Notes under the pieces: generated by a model
The model's input: only the letters and a program-made list of their open reading frames with translations
Told to the model about the DNA's origin: nothing
Database searches by the model: none
Shown: one piece after another, positions 9,948 to 20,705 of the stretch
How the letters are laid out: every line of letters starts with the position of its first letter
How positions within the stretch are numbered: the stretch's first letter is position 1
Translations under genes and position numbers: made by a program
Source of the DNA: an uncultured Solimonas sp.
Lineage (GTDB): Bacteria > Pseudomonadota > Gammaproteobacteria > Nevskiales > Nevskiaceae
Assembly (NCBI GenBank): GCA_966252075.1
Contig: CBINNP010000001.1
Location: forward strand, 1 to 50,598
Reading direction: 5' to 3'
DNA: 50,598 nucleotides

Positions 9948-11107
9948 ACCGCATCATCCCGCGACTCGCCGGACTGCTGCTGATCGCCGCCAGCCTGCCG
10001 TCTACTGCGTATTTCGAAGTGCACGGCTTCGGCGCGCAGGCCTTCCTGCTCAGCGAGGGCAATGAGTACTACGGCGACAGCACCGATGGCAGCTTCGATT
10101 TCTACGAGGCGGCGGTCAACGCCGCCACCGGCATCGGCGCGCTGCACGCATCGGCGCAGGTCCTGATCCGCGATGCCGGCCACGGCGACGACGGCAAGCC
10201 GCGTCTCGACTACGCCCTGCTCGACTGGCAGGCGCTGCAGAACGAGCGCTATCTCGGCGGCATCCGCATCGGCCGCGTCAAGAATCCGTTTGGCCTGTTC
10301 AACGACACCCGCGACGTCGTCTTCGCGCGGCCGAGCGTCCTGCTGCCGCAGTCCGTGTACTTCGACGGCACCGGCCTGCGCGGCCTGTTCTTCTCGTCGA
10401 ACGGCGGCCAGCTGTACGGCAGCTACAGCAGCGGCGCGCACGAACTGTCGCTGGTGGCCGGCGCGGCCATCGACCGCGAGCTGGACCAGGACGAGAAGCG
10501 CGCCTTCATCGGCAACGGCCCGCTGCCCGACGACGTCAACCTGCGCAATCTGCGCTTCGTGCAGCTGAGCGACCGCTGGGACGGCGGCCGCGTGGTCGCG
10601 GCCCTGAGCCACCTCAACGCGCGGCTGGAACTGGACCCGCAGCCTCCGTATCCGGTGGTGTTCCAGGGCAACTTCGACCTCTATGTCGCCTCGCTGCGGC
10701 TCAACGGCGAGCGCTTCAGCCTGACCAGTGAATACCTGCTGACGACGATAGACGGCTACGCCAGCAATACCGGCCGGCTCAACACCGAGTCGGACGGCGC
10801 CTATCTGCAGTTCGACTATCGGCTCACTCCGGCATGGCGGCTGTTCACACGCTGGGACTCGCGCTTCTCCGACATCCACGATCGCGACGGCCGGCAGACC
10901 GCCAGCGGCGGCCGCCGCTACCTGCGCTTCGCGCATGACGCGACGCTGGGCGGGGGCTGGACGCCTGACGAACACTGGGGCGTCTGGGCCGAGGTGCACC
11001 GGATCTACGGCACGCTGACGGTGCCGGCGCTCGACAACAGCGTGCCGTCAGCCGAGCGCGATCCGCGCTGGACACTGTTCGTGATGATGCTGGGGTACCG
11101 GTTCTGA
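9944..11107 (+). CDS. outer-membrane beta-barrel/porin-like protein
   Basis: Signal peptide, GRVKNPFGLFNDTRDV, alternating strand pattern, C-terminal GYRF; ATGA-coupled to upstream gene. Confidence 0.75.
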   Translation: MNRIIPRLAGLLLIAASLPSTAYFEVHGFGAQAFLLSEGNEYYGDSTDGSFDFYEAAVNAATGIGALHASAQVLIRDAGHGDDGKPRLDYALLDWQALQNERYLGGIRIGRVKNPFGLFNDTRDVVFARPSVLLPQSVYFDGTGLRGLFFSSNGGQLYGSYSSGAHELSLVAGAAIDRELDQDEKRAFIGNGPLPDDVNLRNLRFVQLSDRWDGGRVVAALSHLNARLELDPQPPYPVVFQGNFDLYVASLRLNGERFSLTSEYLLTTIDGYASNTGRLNTESDGAYLQFDYRLTPAWRLFTRWDSRFSDIHDRDGRQTASGGRRYLRFAHDATLGGGWTPDEHWGVWAEVHRIYGTLTVPALDNSVPSAERDPRWTLFVMMLGYRF

Positions 11108-11160
11108 AGCCGGCCGCGACCGCCGGCGGCGGACCGTCGCGGCTCGGCCTGAAAGGCCGT

Positions 11161-13965
11161 GTGATGCTCGCCGTGGTCGGCGTGGTCGGCCTGGCACAGA
11201 CACTCACCGCCCTGATGGCGTACTCGCAGCTGCGCAGCACGCATGAACTGCGGGTGCGCGGCGCCTTGCGCGCACTGCCGGCGCAGTTCGAGGCGCTGCG
11301 CCGCGATGCGGTGCAGAGCATGGTCGACGTCGCCCTGCAGCTCGGCGTGCTGCTGATCGACGCGCCCGGCCATACGCCGGGGCAGCCTTATCTGGAGCAG
11401 CTCAGCCAGAGCCCGATCTTCGGCAGCTTCACCGGCCTGCAGGTTTATGACGAAGACGCTGGCAGCCGGCTGCGCTGGCAGGCGCCGGGCACCCCCGCCG
11501 TCGCCGAGCGGCCCGAGTACGCGCGCGCCGCGCTTCAAGCCCTGCAGCAGCAGCGTCCGGACTCGCTGGTCAGCTGCGACGGCGATGGCGAATGCCTGCT
11601 GTTTGCATTCGTACCCAGCTTCGACAGCGCCGGCCAGCCGATCTGCATCGCGCTGTGGCAACCGCTGGCGGGCATGCTGCTGTCGTTCCAGCAGCTGCAT
11701 GTCGGTGACGTCGCGGTGCTGGCCCCGACGGCCGACGCGCCGCCCCGCTTGCTGGCGCTGACCGACGCGCCGCGCCTGCTGCCATATCTGGAGCAACTGC
11801 CGCTCGACACACTGCCGGAGGGCGAGGTGCAGGCGCGGCATATCGATGACCGCCGGCTGCGCATCCTGCGCGCGCCGCTGCAGCGCGCCCTGGCGCCGGC
11901 GCCGATCCTGCTGTTCCTGTTCGACGAAACCGACGCCACCGCGACGATCCGCGCCGAGCAGCTGCGCGCCGCGCTGATCAGCATCGCCGCGCTGCTGTTG
12001 GCCTCGGGCGTGGTCTACCTGATCCTGACGCCGAGCCTGCGGCGCCTGCGCCGCGTCACCGAAGCGCTGCCGATGCTGGCCGAACGCCAGTTCGCGGCGG
12101 CGCGGCGGCGGCTGTTGCGCGGCCCGCGCGGCAGCGGCCGCGACGAGATCGACGCCCTGCGCGAGGTCACGCTGGCGCTATCGCACCGCCTCGAAGCGCT
12201 CGACCAGGCGGAGGCCGAAAGCGAGGAGAAATCGCGTTTCCTGGCCACCATGAGCCATGAGATCCGCACGCCGATGAATGGCATGCTCGGCTTGCTGGAA
12301 CTGCTCGATGCCGCCGGCCTGCCGGCCGAGCAGCGCGAACTGGTGCGCATCGCCCGGCAGTCCGGCAGCACCCTGCTGCAGATCATCGACGATGTGCTGG
12401 TGTTCTCGCGGCTGGAGGCGGTGCAGCTCAAGCTGGAAGCCTGCCCGTTCGCACTGCGCGAAGTGGTCGAGGACGCGGTCGGCATGCTCGCGCCGCTGGC
12501 GCACGGCAAGGGACTGGCCCTCGACTGCCATATCGAACCGGTGCTGCCGGAAGTGCTGGTCGGCGACGCGCTGCGCCTGCGCCAGATCCTGTTCAATCTC
12601 TGCAGCAATGCCATCAAGTTCACCGAGCGCGGCGCGGTGCAGGTCCGCGTCGAGGCCCGCGAGGGCGCCGCGGCGGGCGCGCAGCGCCTGCGCCTGTGCG
12701 TCCTCGACACCGGCATCGGCCTGGCGCCCGAGGCGCGGCAGCGGCTGTTCAGGCCGTTCTCGCAGGCCGATGCCGGCACCACGCGCCGCTACGGCGGCAC
12801 CGGCCTGGGCCTGTCGATCGTGCGCGGCTTGGTGCAGCGCATGGGCGGCGAGGTCGACTACCTCAGCACGCCCGGCGGCGGCAGCGAGTTCTGGTGCGAG
12901 ATCGAACTGCCGGTCGAGAACCGTGGCGGTGATCGCGAGCGGCCGCTGCAGGGCTTGCAGCTGGCGCTGCAGATCGCTGACACCGTCCAGTCCGCAAGAC
13001 TCGGCCAGTATCTCGAAGCGCTCGGCGCGCAGCGACTGCCGGCGGCGGCGCTGTGCATCGCCGATGCCGGCGCCGTGCAGCACTACGCCGTGGTGCTCGA
13101 CGGCCGCACCGTCGGCCGCCTCGGCCGTCCTCTGCGGCTGGCCGACCTCGTGCGCCAGCTGCAGCGGGTCACCGGCAGCGCCGCGCAGACGGCGCTCAGC
13201 GCCCCCGCGGCGACGACGCTGCCGGCCGATGCGCCGCTGGTGCTGGTCGCCGAGGATCATCCGGTCAACCAGGAAGTGATCGTCCGCCAGCTGGCGCGGC
13301 TCGGCTATCGCGCCGAAATCGCCGGCGACGGCGCCGAGGCGATGCACCGGCTCGGCGAGCGCGATTACGCGCTGCTGCTGGCCGACCTGCACATGCCGCA
13401 CGTCGACGGCCTGCAACTGGCGCGCTGGCAGCGCGATCGCGAGCGCGGCCTGCCGACGCAGCTGCCGATGATCGCGCTGACCGCCGCCGGGCTGTCCGGC
13501 GAGCGCGAGGCCTGCCGCGCCGCCGGCTTCGACGATTTCCTGCTCAAGCCGGTGCGGCTCGACGAACTGCAGGCGGCGCTGACGCGCCAGCTCGGCGCGC
13601 CGGCGGCGGCGGTCACTGCCCCCGAGCCGGTCGACCGCACGCAATTGCTGGAGATCAGCGGCGGCGACCACGGCTTCGCGGCGCGGCTGCTGCGCGACTT
13701 CGCACGCATCAACCGGCCGGCGCTGGCGGAGCTGGAAAGCTGCTGTGGCGAGGGCGCGCGCTGGCAGCCGGATCGTGCACGCCAGCTCGCCCACCGCCTG
13801 CTCGGTTCGGCACGGACGATCGGCGCCTTGCCGCTGGCGCTGGCCGTGGAAAGCCTGCAGCAGCAGATCCGTGGCGGGCAGCCCGCGGCGACGCAGCAGG
13901 CCTGCCGTGCGGTGCAGCGCGCCTTCGACGAACTCGACGACTGGCTGGGGCGGGCGACGATCTGA
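11161..13965 (+). CDS. hybrid sensor histidine kinase (periplasmic sensor-HisKA-HATPase-REC-Hpt)
   Basis: Two TM segments; FLATMSHEIRTP, NAIKFT, DTGIG, GGTGLGL; AEDHPVNQ, DLHMP, KPV; AHRLLGS Hpt. Confidence 0.93.
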   Translation: MMLAVVGVVGLAQTLTALMAYSQLRSTHELRVRGALRALPAQFEALRRDAVQSMVDVALQLGVLLIDAPGHTPGQPYLEQLSQSPIFGSFTGLQVYDEDAGSRLRWQAPGTPAVAERPEYARAALQALQQQRPDSLVSCDGDGECLLFAFVPSFDSAGQPICIALWQPLAGMLLSFQQLHVGDVAVLAPTADAPPRLLALTDAPRLLPYLEQLPLDTLPEGEVQARHIDDRRLRILRAPLQRALAPAPILLFLFDETDATATIRAEQLRAALISIAALLLASGVVYLILTPSLRRLRRVTEALPMLAERQFAAARRRLLRGPRGSGRDEIDALREVTLALSHRLEALDQAEAESEEKSRFLATMSHEIRTPMNGMLGLLELLDAAGLPAEQRELVRIARQSGSTLLQIIDDVLVFSRLEAVQLKLEACPFALREVVEDAVGMLAPLAHGKGLALDCHIEPVLPEVLVGDALRLRQILFNLCSNAIKFTERGAVQVRVEAREGAAAGAQRLRLCVLDTGIGLAPEARQRLFRPFSQADAGTTRRYGGTGLGLSIVRGLVQRMGGEVDYLSTPGGGSEFWCEIELPVENRGGDRERPLQGLQLALQIADTVQSARLGQYLEALGAQRLPAAALCIADAGAVQHYAVVLDGRTVGRLGRPLRLADLVRQLQRVTGSAAQTALSAPAATTLPADAPLVLVAEDHPVNQEVIVRQLARLGYRAEIAGDGAEAMHRLGERDYALLLADLHMPHVDGLQLARWQRDRERGLPTQLPMIALTAAGLSGEREACRAAGFDDFLLKPVRLDELQAALTRQLGAPAAAVTAPEPVDRTQLLEISGGDHGFAARLLRDFARINRPALAELESCCGEGARWQPDRARQLAHRLLGSARTIGALPLALAVESLQQQIRGGQPAATQQACRAVQRAFDELDDWLGRATI

Positions 13966-13990
13966 GGGGCGGGCGCCGCGTTAACAGGCC

Positions 13991-14647
13991 CTAGCGCGGC
14001 ACCGACTGGAGAATCGCCGCGTCAGTCTGCAGCTGCGCCAGCAGCGCCTTGTGGTTGTCGCCGTGTGCCATGCCGAGCAGGAGCACACAGGCGCCCTGGC
14101 GCAGCAGCGCGCCCATCTGCGCCTCGTCGACCTCGAACTGCACCCACATGTCGATGGCACCGACCGCCTGCACGACGAACTGCCGCGCCAGGTCCTTGTG
14201 CGAGACGTAGGGCGGCAGCACGCCCATCCGCGACAGGCGGATGGTCGCCTCCAGCCAGTAGCTGTGCGCCAGCTCCATGAACGCCGGCCGGTAGACCGGA
14301 TCGACCACGCCGAACAGGAAGCGGTACAGCGGCCGGTAGAACGCCGGATCGCGACTGAGCACGTCGGCCAGGCCATCGGCGGCGCGGATGAAGTGCTGGT
14401 AGGGATCGGCGGCGGCCAGGGTGCGCTTGGGGCTGTTGAAGAAGCGGTCCGCGGATACCGTCAGCAGCGCGTAGAGGATCGCCGACTTGCTGCCGAACAG
14501 GTTGTACGGCGTCGCCGGGCTCAGGCCGGCGCGCTGCGCCAGCGTGATCATCGAAAAATCCGTATCGCCGGTCTCGCGGATCAGTTCCTCCGCTGCCTGC
14601 ACGATCAGATCGCGCCGTTTTTCCTTCTGCTGCTCTCGCAACGCCAT
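13991..14647 (-). CDS. TetR/AcrR family regulator
   Basis: IVQAAEELI...FSMITLAQRAGLSPATPYNLFGSK HTH. Confidence 0.9.
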   Translation of the reverse strand: MALREQQKEKRRDLIVQAAEELIRETGDTDFSMITLAQRAGLSPATPYNLFGSKSAILYALLTVSADRFFNSPKRTLAAADPYQHFIRAADGLADVLSRDPAFYRPLYRFLFGVVDPVYRPAFMELAHSYWLEATIRLSRMGVLPPYVSHKDLARQFVVQAVGAIDMWVQFEVDEAQMGALLRQGACVLLLGMAHGDNHKALLAQLQTDAAILQSVPR

Positions 14648-14726
14648 GATGTGCCCTGAATGAGATCGGCCGTCTTATACCGGATGATCTGCACTGTTGC
14701 GGCCCGCATGCGGGGCCGGAACCGTG

Positions 14727-16823
14727 CTAGACGCGGCCGTAGCGCTCAATATCGCCGACCCAGCGGCCGATCAACAACCGCGACTGCTGCGGACAGTCGC
14801 GCAGCCACTGGTCGGCCAGGCGCTGCAGCGGCGGCACCAGCGGCGCATCGCGCAAGGGATCGGCGAACTTCATGCCGACCTCGCCGGTCTGGCGACGGCC
14901 CAGCAATTCGCCCGGTCCGCGCAATTCCAGATCGCGCTGGGCGATCGCGAAACCGTCGTTGGTGGCGCGCATGGTCTCCAGCCGCGCCCGCGCGGTCTCG
15001 CCGAGCGGGCCCTGGTAGAGCAGCACGCACTGGCTGGATACCGCGCCGCGGCCGACGCGACCGCGCAGCTGGTGCAGCTGCGCCAGGCCCAGGCGTTCGG
15101 CGTTGTCGATGACCATGATGCTGGCATTGGGCACGTCGACGCCGACTTCGATCACCGTGGTCGCCACCAGCAACTGCGTGACGCCGTCCTGGAACGCGCG
15201 CATCTGTGCGTCCTTCTCCGCTGACTTCAGGCGGCCGTGGACCAGGCCGACGCGCAGCCCCGGCAGCTCGCTGCGCAAGCGCGTGGCGGTGGCTTCGGCG
15301 GCCTCGGCGTCCAGCTCGTCGGATTCCTCGATCAGCGTGCAGACCCAGTAGACCTGGCGGCCCTGGCGGCAGGCTTCGCCGATGCGCTGCAGCACCTCGT
15401 CGCGCCTGTCGTTGGACAGCACCACGGTCTGCACCGGCGTGCGGCCGGGCGGCAGCTCATCGATCACCGACACATCCAGATCGGCGTAATAGGACTGTGC
15501 CAGCGTGCGCGGAATCGGCGTTGCCGACATGATCAGTTGATGCGCGGCGCGGCGGCCGCCCTTGTCGCGCAAGGCCAGGCGCTGCTGCACGCCGAAGCGG
15601 TGCTGCTCGTCGACCACCACCACCGCCAGCGACTTGAAGCGCACGTCGTCCTGCAGCACCGCGTGGGTGCCGACCACCAGCGCCTGCGTGCCGTCGGCCA
15701 GCGCTGCCAGCAAGGCGTCACGCGCGGCCTTCTTGAGCTTTTGCGTCAGCAGCAGCGGCGCCAGGCCGAGCGGCTCGAACCAGCGCGACAGATTGCGCTG
15801 GTGTTGCTCGGCGAGCAGTTCGGTCGGCGCCAGCAGCGCGGCCTGCAGACCGGCGCGCGCGGCGGCAAGCATCGCCATGGCCGCGATCACGGTCTTGCCG
15901 CTGCCGACATCGCCCTGCACCAGCCGCAGCATCGGCTGCGCGCAGGCCAGGTCCTGTGCGACCTCGGCCGCCACGCGCGCCTGCGCGCCGGTCATCGCAA
16001 ACGGCAGCACCGCGCGCAGAGCCTGCTCGGCCGCGGCGAAGCCGTGCAGCGCGTGCGCCGGCCGGCTCTTCTGCTGCTGACGCAGCAGCCGCAGGCTGAG
16101 CTGGTGCGCGAGCAGCTCCTCGGACTTCAGCCGGTTCTGCGCCGGATGCGTGCCGGCCAGCAGGCGCTGGGCGTCGGATTCGCTGTGCGGCTTGTGGATC
16201 GCCAGCAGCGCCGCGCCGGTATCCGGACCGTCGAGGCCCGGCAGCGGCGTGTTGAGCGCCGCATCGCGCGCCGCCAGCGCCAGCGCCTGCTCTATCAGCG
16301 CGCGCAGCCGCGGCTGCGTGAGACCGGTGGTCAGCGGATAGATCGGCGTCAGCTGCGCTTCCGGCTGCAGCTCGTCGGCGCTGTCGGCGGTGCGGTACTG
16401 CGGGTGGACCATCTCGATGCCGCCGATGGCGAGCCGCGCATCGCCGAAGGCCTGCAGCCAGCGGCCTTCCAGCAGCTGCGCCCGCTGCGCCTCGTTGAAA
16501 TGGAAGAAGCGCAGCAGCAGCACGCCGCTGCCGTCGTCGATCGACACGCGCAGGCTGCGCTTGGGACCGAAGCGCAGATCGCAGGCGACGATGCGGCCGC
16601 GCACCAGCGCTTCGTCGCCGCTGCGCAGGCTGCCGATCGGCCGGTGGAAGCGGCGATCCTCGTAGCGCAGCGGCAGATGGAACAGCAGCTCGCGCACCCG
16701 CTCGATGCCCAGCGTGCGCAGGCGCATCGCGATCGCCGGGCCGGCGCCCTTGAGAAAGGTCGCGGCGCTGTCGAGGTCCAGCGGCGGACGCGGGCCGCCG
16801 CGCGTGGCGCGCGCCTGCGTCAA
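14727..16823 (-). CDS. recG: ATP-dependent DNA helicase RecG
   Basis: [48 protein letters not shown]. Confidence 0.97.
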   Translation of the reverse strand: MTQARATRGGPRPPLDLDSAATFLKGAGPAIAMRLRTLGIERVRELLFHLPLRYEDRRFHRPIGSLRSGDEALVRGRIVACDLRFGPKRSLRVSIDDGSGVLLLRFFHFNEAQRAQLLEGRWLQAFGDARLAIGGIEMVHPQYRTADSADELQPEAQLTPIYPLTTGLTQPRLRALIEQALALAARDAALNTPLPGLDGPDTGAALLAIHKPHSESDAQRLLAGTHPAQNRLKSEELLAHQLSLRLLRQQQKSRPAHALHGFAAAEQALRAVLPFAMTGAQARVAAEVAQDLACAQPMLRLVQGDVGSGKTVIAAMAMLAAARAGLQAALLAPTELLAEQHQRNLSRWFEPLGLAPLLLTQKLKKAARDALLAALADGTQALVVGTHAVLQDDVRFKSLAVVVVDEQHRFGVQQRLALRDKGGRRAAHQLIMSATPIPRTLAQSYYADLDVSVIDELPPGRTPVQTVVLSNDRRDEVLQRIGEACRQGRQVYWVCTLIEESDELDAEAAEATATRLRSELPGLRVGLVHGRLKSAEKDAQMRAFQDGVTQLLVATTVIEVGVDVPNASIMVIDNAERLGLAQLHQLRGRVGRGAVSSQCVLLYQGPLGETARARLETMRATNDGFAIAQRDLELRGPGELLGRRQTGEVGMKFADPLRDAPLVPPLQRLADQWLRDCPQQSRLLIGRWVGDIERYGRV

Positions 16824-17203
16824 TCGTCGACGAGGATGGCGTCGGCCTCGACGCGCGCGCCGCGCGGCAGGCTGGCGACGCCGATCGCCGCGCGCGCCGG
16901 ATACGGCGTCTGGAAGTACTGCGCCATGATCTCGTTGACGCGCGCGAAGTGCGCCAGGTCGGTCAGGAAGACATTGAGCTTGGCGACCTTGGCCAGCGAC
17001 GAGCCGGCCGCCTCGGCAACGGCGGCGAGATTGCGGAACACCTGGTGGATCTCGTCGTCGATGCTGCCGTTGAGCAGCGTCATCGTCTTCGGATCGAGCG
17101 GGATCTGCCCGGACAGATACACCGTGTTGCCGCAGCGCACCGCCTGCGAATAGGTGCCGATCGCCGCCGGCGCCGCGTCGGTCTGGATGATCTGCCGGGT
17201 CAT
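16820..17203 (-). CDS. ridA: RidA/YjgF family enamine deaminase
   Basis: [30 protein letters not shown]; ATG at 17203. Confidence 0.9.
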   Translation of the reverse strand: MTRQIIQTDAAPAAIGTYSQAVRCGNTVYLSGQIPLDPKTMTLLNGSIDDEIHQVFRNLAAVAEAAGSSLAKVAKLNVFLTDLAHFARVNEIMAQYFQTPYPARAAIGVASLPRGARVEADAILVDD

Positions 17204-17343
17204 GCTCGTACTCGTCTGTTCAGGGACGCGCGATTGTCGGCGATGCCGGCGCAACGCGCCAAGCGTGGGGTCAGGCAAGGCCCGGGAAACGGCGCGAGCC
17301 GTCGTGGCGAGACCGGCGCGCGCAGCAGACGGATCGCGTCGTT

Positions 17344-19506
17344 TCAGGCGCGGTTGACGCGCTCCACCCCTTCGACTCGGCGCAAGCGCCGCAGCACGCG
17401 CGCCAGATGCACGCGGTTGCGCACGGTGAGGATGAAGCGCATCTCCACCGCCTCGCCGCCGGCGCGATCCGGCATCTGCAGGTTCTCGATCGACGACTCG
17501 CTGGCGGCGATCTCGGCGGTGATCTTCGCCAGCATGCCGCGCTTGCGGATGCTCTTCATGCGGATCTCGGCCAGGAAATCGCCCTGCACGCGCTCGGACC
17601 AGGCCAGCGCCACCCAGTCCTGCGGCCGCGCCTTGGCATGACGGCAGTCGAGCCGATGCACGACGATGCCGCGGCCGGTGCTGACGTGGCCGCGGATTTC
17701 ATCGCCCGGCAGCGGATAGCAGCAGCGCGCGTAGTCGAGCACCAGACCTTCGGTGCCTTCGATCGCCAGCGGCGCGACACCGCCGCCGGTGCGTGTCGCC
17801 GCCTCGCTCTCGGGCAGGAAGTGGCGTGCCACCAGCGCCGCCAGCCGCTCGCCGGTGCCGATCGCGACGAACAGTTCCTCGACGTCCTTGAGCGGGTGCG
17901 CATCGAGCACCGGCGCCAGCCTGGCCTGCTCCTTGAGCACGGTGGCCGGCACCGACAGCTCGCGCAGTGCGATCTCCAGCAGACGGCGGCCCAGCCGCAC
18001 GGCCTCGTCCTCGCGCTGGTTGCGCAGATAGCCGCGCACCGAGGCGCGCGCCTTGGCGGTTTTGACGAAGTTGAGCCAGGCGGCGTTGGGCCGGGCGTGC
18101 TTGGAGGTGATCACCTCCACCGTCTGGCCGTTGCGCAAATGCGTGTTCAGCGGCTCCAGCTGGCTGTCCAGACGCGCGGCGACGCAGTGGTCGCCCAGCT
18201 CCGAGTGCACCGCGTAGGCGAAGTCGACCGGCGTGGCGCCGCGCGGCAGCCGGCGGATCTCGCCCTTGGGCGTGAACACGTAGACCTCGTCCGGAAACAG
18301 ATCGACCTTGACGTTCTCGATGAAGTCCATCGCGCTGCTGGTGCCGAACTCGTCGAGCAGGCCGTTGACCCACTCGCGCGCGCGCACCTGCGGCGCCACC
18401 GTGCTGTCCTTCTCGCCCAGCTTGTACTGCCAGTGCGCGGCGATGCCGCTCTCGGCGACGTGGTGCATGTCGCGCGTGCGGATCTGGATCTCGATCTTGT
18501 GGCCGCGCGGGCCGACGCAGGAGGTGTGCAGCGACTGGTAGCCGTTGGACTTGGCGTTGGCGATGTAATCGTCGAACTCGCCCGGCACGGGCTTGTAGAC
18601 GTGGTGGGCGATGCCCAGCACGCGGTAGCAGTCGTCGACCTTGGCGACGATGACGCGAAAGCCCAGCAGGTCGGTGACCTTGAGCAGCTTGAGCTTCTTG
18701 CGGCGCATCTTCTGGTAGATGCCGTAGATGTTCTTCTGGCGACCCACCACCGAGGCGCCGACGCCCTCCTCGCGCAGCGCCGTCGACAGCCGCTGCTCGA
18801 CCTCGCGGATCAGCTTGCGGGTGTCGCCGAGCTGCGCCTTGATCGCCTCGACCAGCACCGCATGGCGCCGCGGGTAGAGGTTGGCGAAGGCCAGGTCCTC
18901 CAGCTCGGTGCGGATCGAGTAGATGCCGAGCCTTTGCGCGATCGGCGCGTAGATCTCCAGCGTCTCGCGGGCGATGCGGCGGCGCTTCTCGGCGGCCATC
19001 GCGCCCAGCGTGCGCATGTTGTGCAGGCGGTCGGCCAGCTTGACCAGGATCACCCGCAGGTCCTGGGTCATCGCCAGCAGCAGCTTGCGGAAGCTTTCCG
19101 CCTGCAGCTCGGCGCGGGTGCGGCCTTCGATCTTGGCGATCTTGGACACCCCGTCGACCAGCACCGCGACGTCCTTGCCGAACTCGGCGGCCAGCTGGTC
19201 GCGCGAGATGCCGGTGTCTTCGATGACGTCGTGCAGGATCGCCGCGATCAGCGTGGTGTGATCGAGCCGCATCTCGGCGAGGATCCGTGCCACCGCCAGC
19301 GGGTGGTAGACATAGGGCTCGCCGGACGAGCGCTTCTGCCCCTCGTGCATGTTGCGCGCGAACTCGGCGGCGCGGCGCACCTGGTCGATCTGCTCGTCGG
19401 GCAGGTAGCCCTCCAGCATCCGCGCCAGCGCGTCCATGCCGAACTCGCGCTCGGCGCGCTGCGTGCGCAGCGCGGTGCCCAGACGTTGGATGACCGACAG
19501 TTCCAT
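17344..19506 (-). CDS. spoT: (p)ppGpp synthetase/hydrolase
   Basis: [39 protein letters not shown] and ACT regions; sits between rpoZ and ridA/recG. Confidence 0.94.
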   Translation of the reverse strand: MELSVIQRLGTALRTQRAEREFGMDALARMLEGYLPDEQIDQVRRAAEFARNMHEGQKRSSGEPYVYHPLAVARILAEMRLDHTTLIAAILHDVIEDTGISRDQLAAEFGKDVAVLVDGVSKIAKIEGRTRAELQAESFRKLLLAMTQDLRVILVKLADRLHNMRTLGAMAAEKRRRIARETLEIYAPIAQRLGIYSIRTELEDLAFANLYPRRHAVLVEAIKAQLGDTRKLIREVEQRLSTALREEGVGASVVGRQKNIYGIYQKMRRKKLKLLKVTDLLGFRVIVAKVDDCYRVLGIAHHVYKPVPGEFDDYIANAKSNGYQSLHTSCVGPRGHKIEIQIRTRDMHHVAESGIAAHWQYKLGEKDSTVAPQVRAREWVNGLLDEFGTSSAMDFIENVKVDLFPDEVYVFTPKGEIRRLPRGATPVDFAYAVHSELGDHCVAARLDSQLEPLNTHLRNGQTVEVITSKHARPNAAWLNFVKTAKARASVRGYLRNQREDEAVRLGRRLLEIALRELSVPATVLKEQARLAPVLDAHPLKDVEELFVAIGTGERLAALVARHFLPESEAATRTGGGVAPLAIEGTEGLVLDYARCCYPLPGDEIRGHVSTGRGIVVHRLDCRHAKARPQDWVALAWSERVQGDFLAEIRMKSIRKRGMLAKITAEIAASESSIENLQMPDRAGGEAVEMRFILTVRNRVHLARVLRRLRRVEGVERVNRA

Positions 19507-19532
19507 GGCTTGAGTATATGGAGGCGGAAACG

Positions 19533-19560
19533 AAAAAGGCCCGCTTGCGCGGGCCCTTTT
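19533..19560 (-). terminator. intrinsic terminator after rpoZ
   Basis: Minus strand GGCCCGC-GCAA-GCGGGCC-TTTTT. Confidence 0.7.
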
Positions 19561-19579
19561 CACTCGATCGCTGAAAGCC

Positions 19580-19843
19580 TCAGGCGTCGAACGACGGATC
19601 GAGCGCTTCGAGTTCCATCTTCGGCTGCTGGACCGCCGGCAGGTCGACTTCGTCGAGCACGCGGCGATCGGTGTAGCCGTCGGCGATTTCGCGCAGCGAC
19701 AGCACCGTCGACTTGTGGTTGCCCCACGGCAGGCGGGCTTCGGCGCCACGCGCCAGCTGACGCGCGCGCTTGGCGGCGACCAGCGTCAGGTCGAACTGGT
19801 TGGGGATCTTCTTCAGGCAATCTTCGACGGTTACACGCGCCAT
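19580..19843 (-). CDS. rpoZ: RNA polymerase omega subunit
   Basis: [10 protein letters not shown]...[16 protein letters not shown]...K.TV.SLREIA. Confidence 0.97.
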   Translation of the reverse strand: MARVTVEDCLKKIPNQFDLTLVAAKRARQLARGAEARLPWGNHKSTVLSLREIADGYTDRRVLDEVDLPAVQQPKMELEALDPSFDA

Positions 19844-19937
19844 GACAGCACCGGGCCAACAAACAAGGGGCGGCGACTATACGCTAAAAGGCGCCGGCTT
19901 GGCCAGATTCTGGCCGGCCGGCGAGCGACAGCGATTG

Positions 19938-20480
19938 CTAGAGGACGCCGAACAGCTCCTCGAAAAAGCGCAGGCCCTGTCGCAGGCCCTCGTCCGAGAC
20001 CCGGCCCAGCGCCGTCGTCAGCGCCGGGCTGCCGCCGTCACCGGCGCGCGTCAGGGCCCGGCGGCCAGCTTCGGTCAGGCACAGGGTTTTCTCGCGACCG
20101 GAATGCGCGCTCTCGCGCTGGCTGATCAGCGCCAGTGGCGGGCGCGCCAGTTCGCGCAGGATCTTCGACGCCGCCGAATGGCTGAGCCGATGCAAGGCCT
20201 GCAACCGCGCCGCCACCACCTTCTGCGAAATCCCGCCGGCCACCGCCTCGGCGTCGAGCAGCAGCAGCACCATCCTCTGCGACTGACTCAGCGCGCGCCC
20301 GCCACCGACGTCCTGTTGCGCCTGCGTCATCTGCTGGTGCAGTCGGCACAGGTGCTCGACCAGCTCGGCCTGCACCTGCGGCGTGGCGGGCAGCGCCGCC
20401 GGCCGCGGCGGCCGCGTGGCTCCGGCGCGGCTGCTGCGCAGCAGTGCAGCGGCACGGCGCAGCGGGCGGGCGGCGCTCAT
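19938..20480 (-). CDS. MarR-like winged-helix regulator (start uncertain)
   Basis: LSQSQRMVLLLL...SQK...SAASKILREL...REKTLCLTEAG wing motif. Confidence 0.65.
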   Translation of the reverse strand: MSAARPLRRAAALLRSSRAGATRPPRPAALPATPQVQAELVEHLCRLHQQMTQAQQDVGGGRALSQSQRMVLLLLDAEAVAGGISQKVVAARLQALHRLSHSAASKILRELARPPLALISQRESAHSGREKTLCLTEAGRRALTRAGDGGSPALTTALGRVSDEGLRQGLRFFEELFGVL

Positions 20481-20705
20481 GCCGGCGCCCACGCACGCGG
20501 GTGCCGCGGCGATAGGTCTGACGCCGGCGTCTCGCCGGTGGCCATGCTCAATTCATCCATCTGGATCGGCTTGTTCGCGCCCATGGCGGGCACCGTCAGC
20601 AGACTGCGACAGCGCAAGGCAACGGGCACCCCTCCTTTTGGAGGGGCACAGGGGGTGGCCGCGCGGGTTTTGCCGATTCGCGGATAATTCCCCGCTCCGA
20701 ACGTC

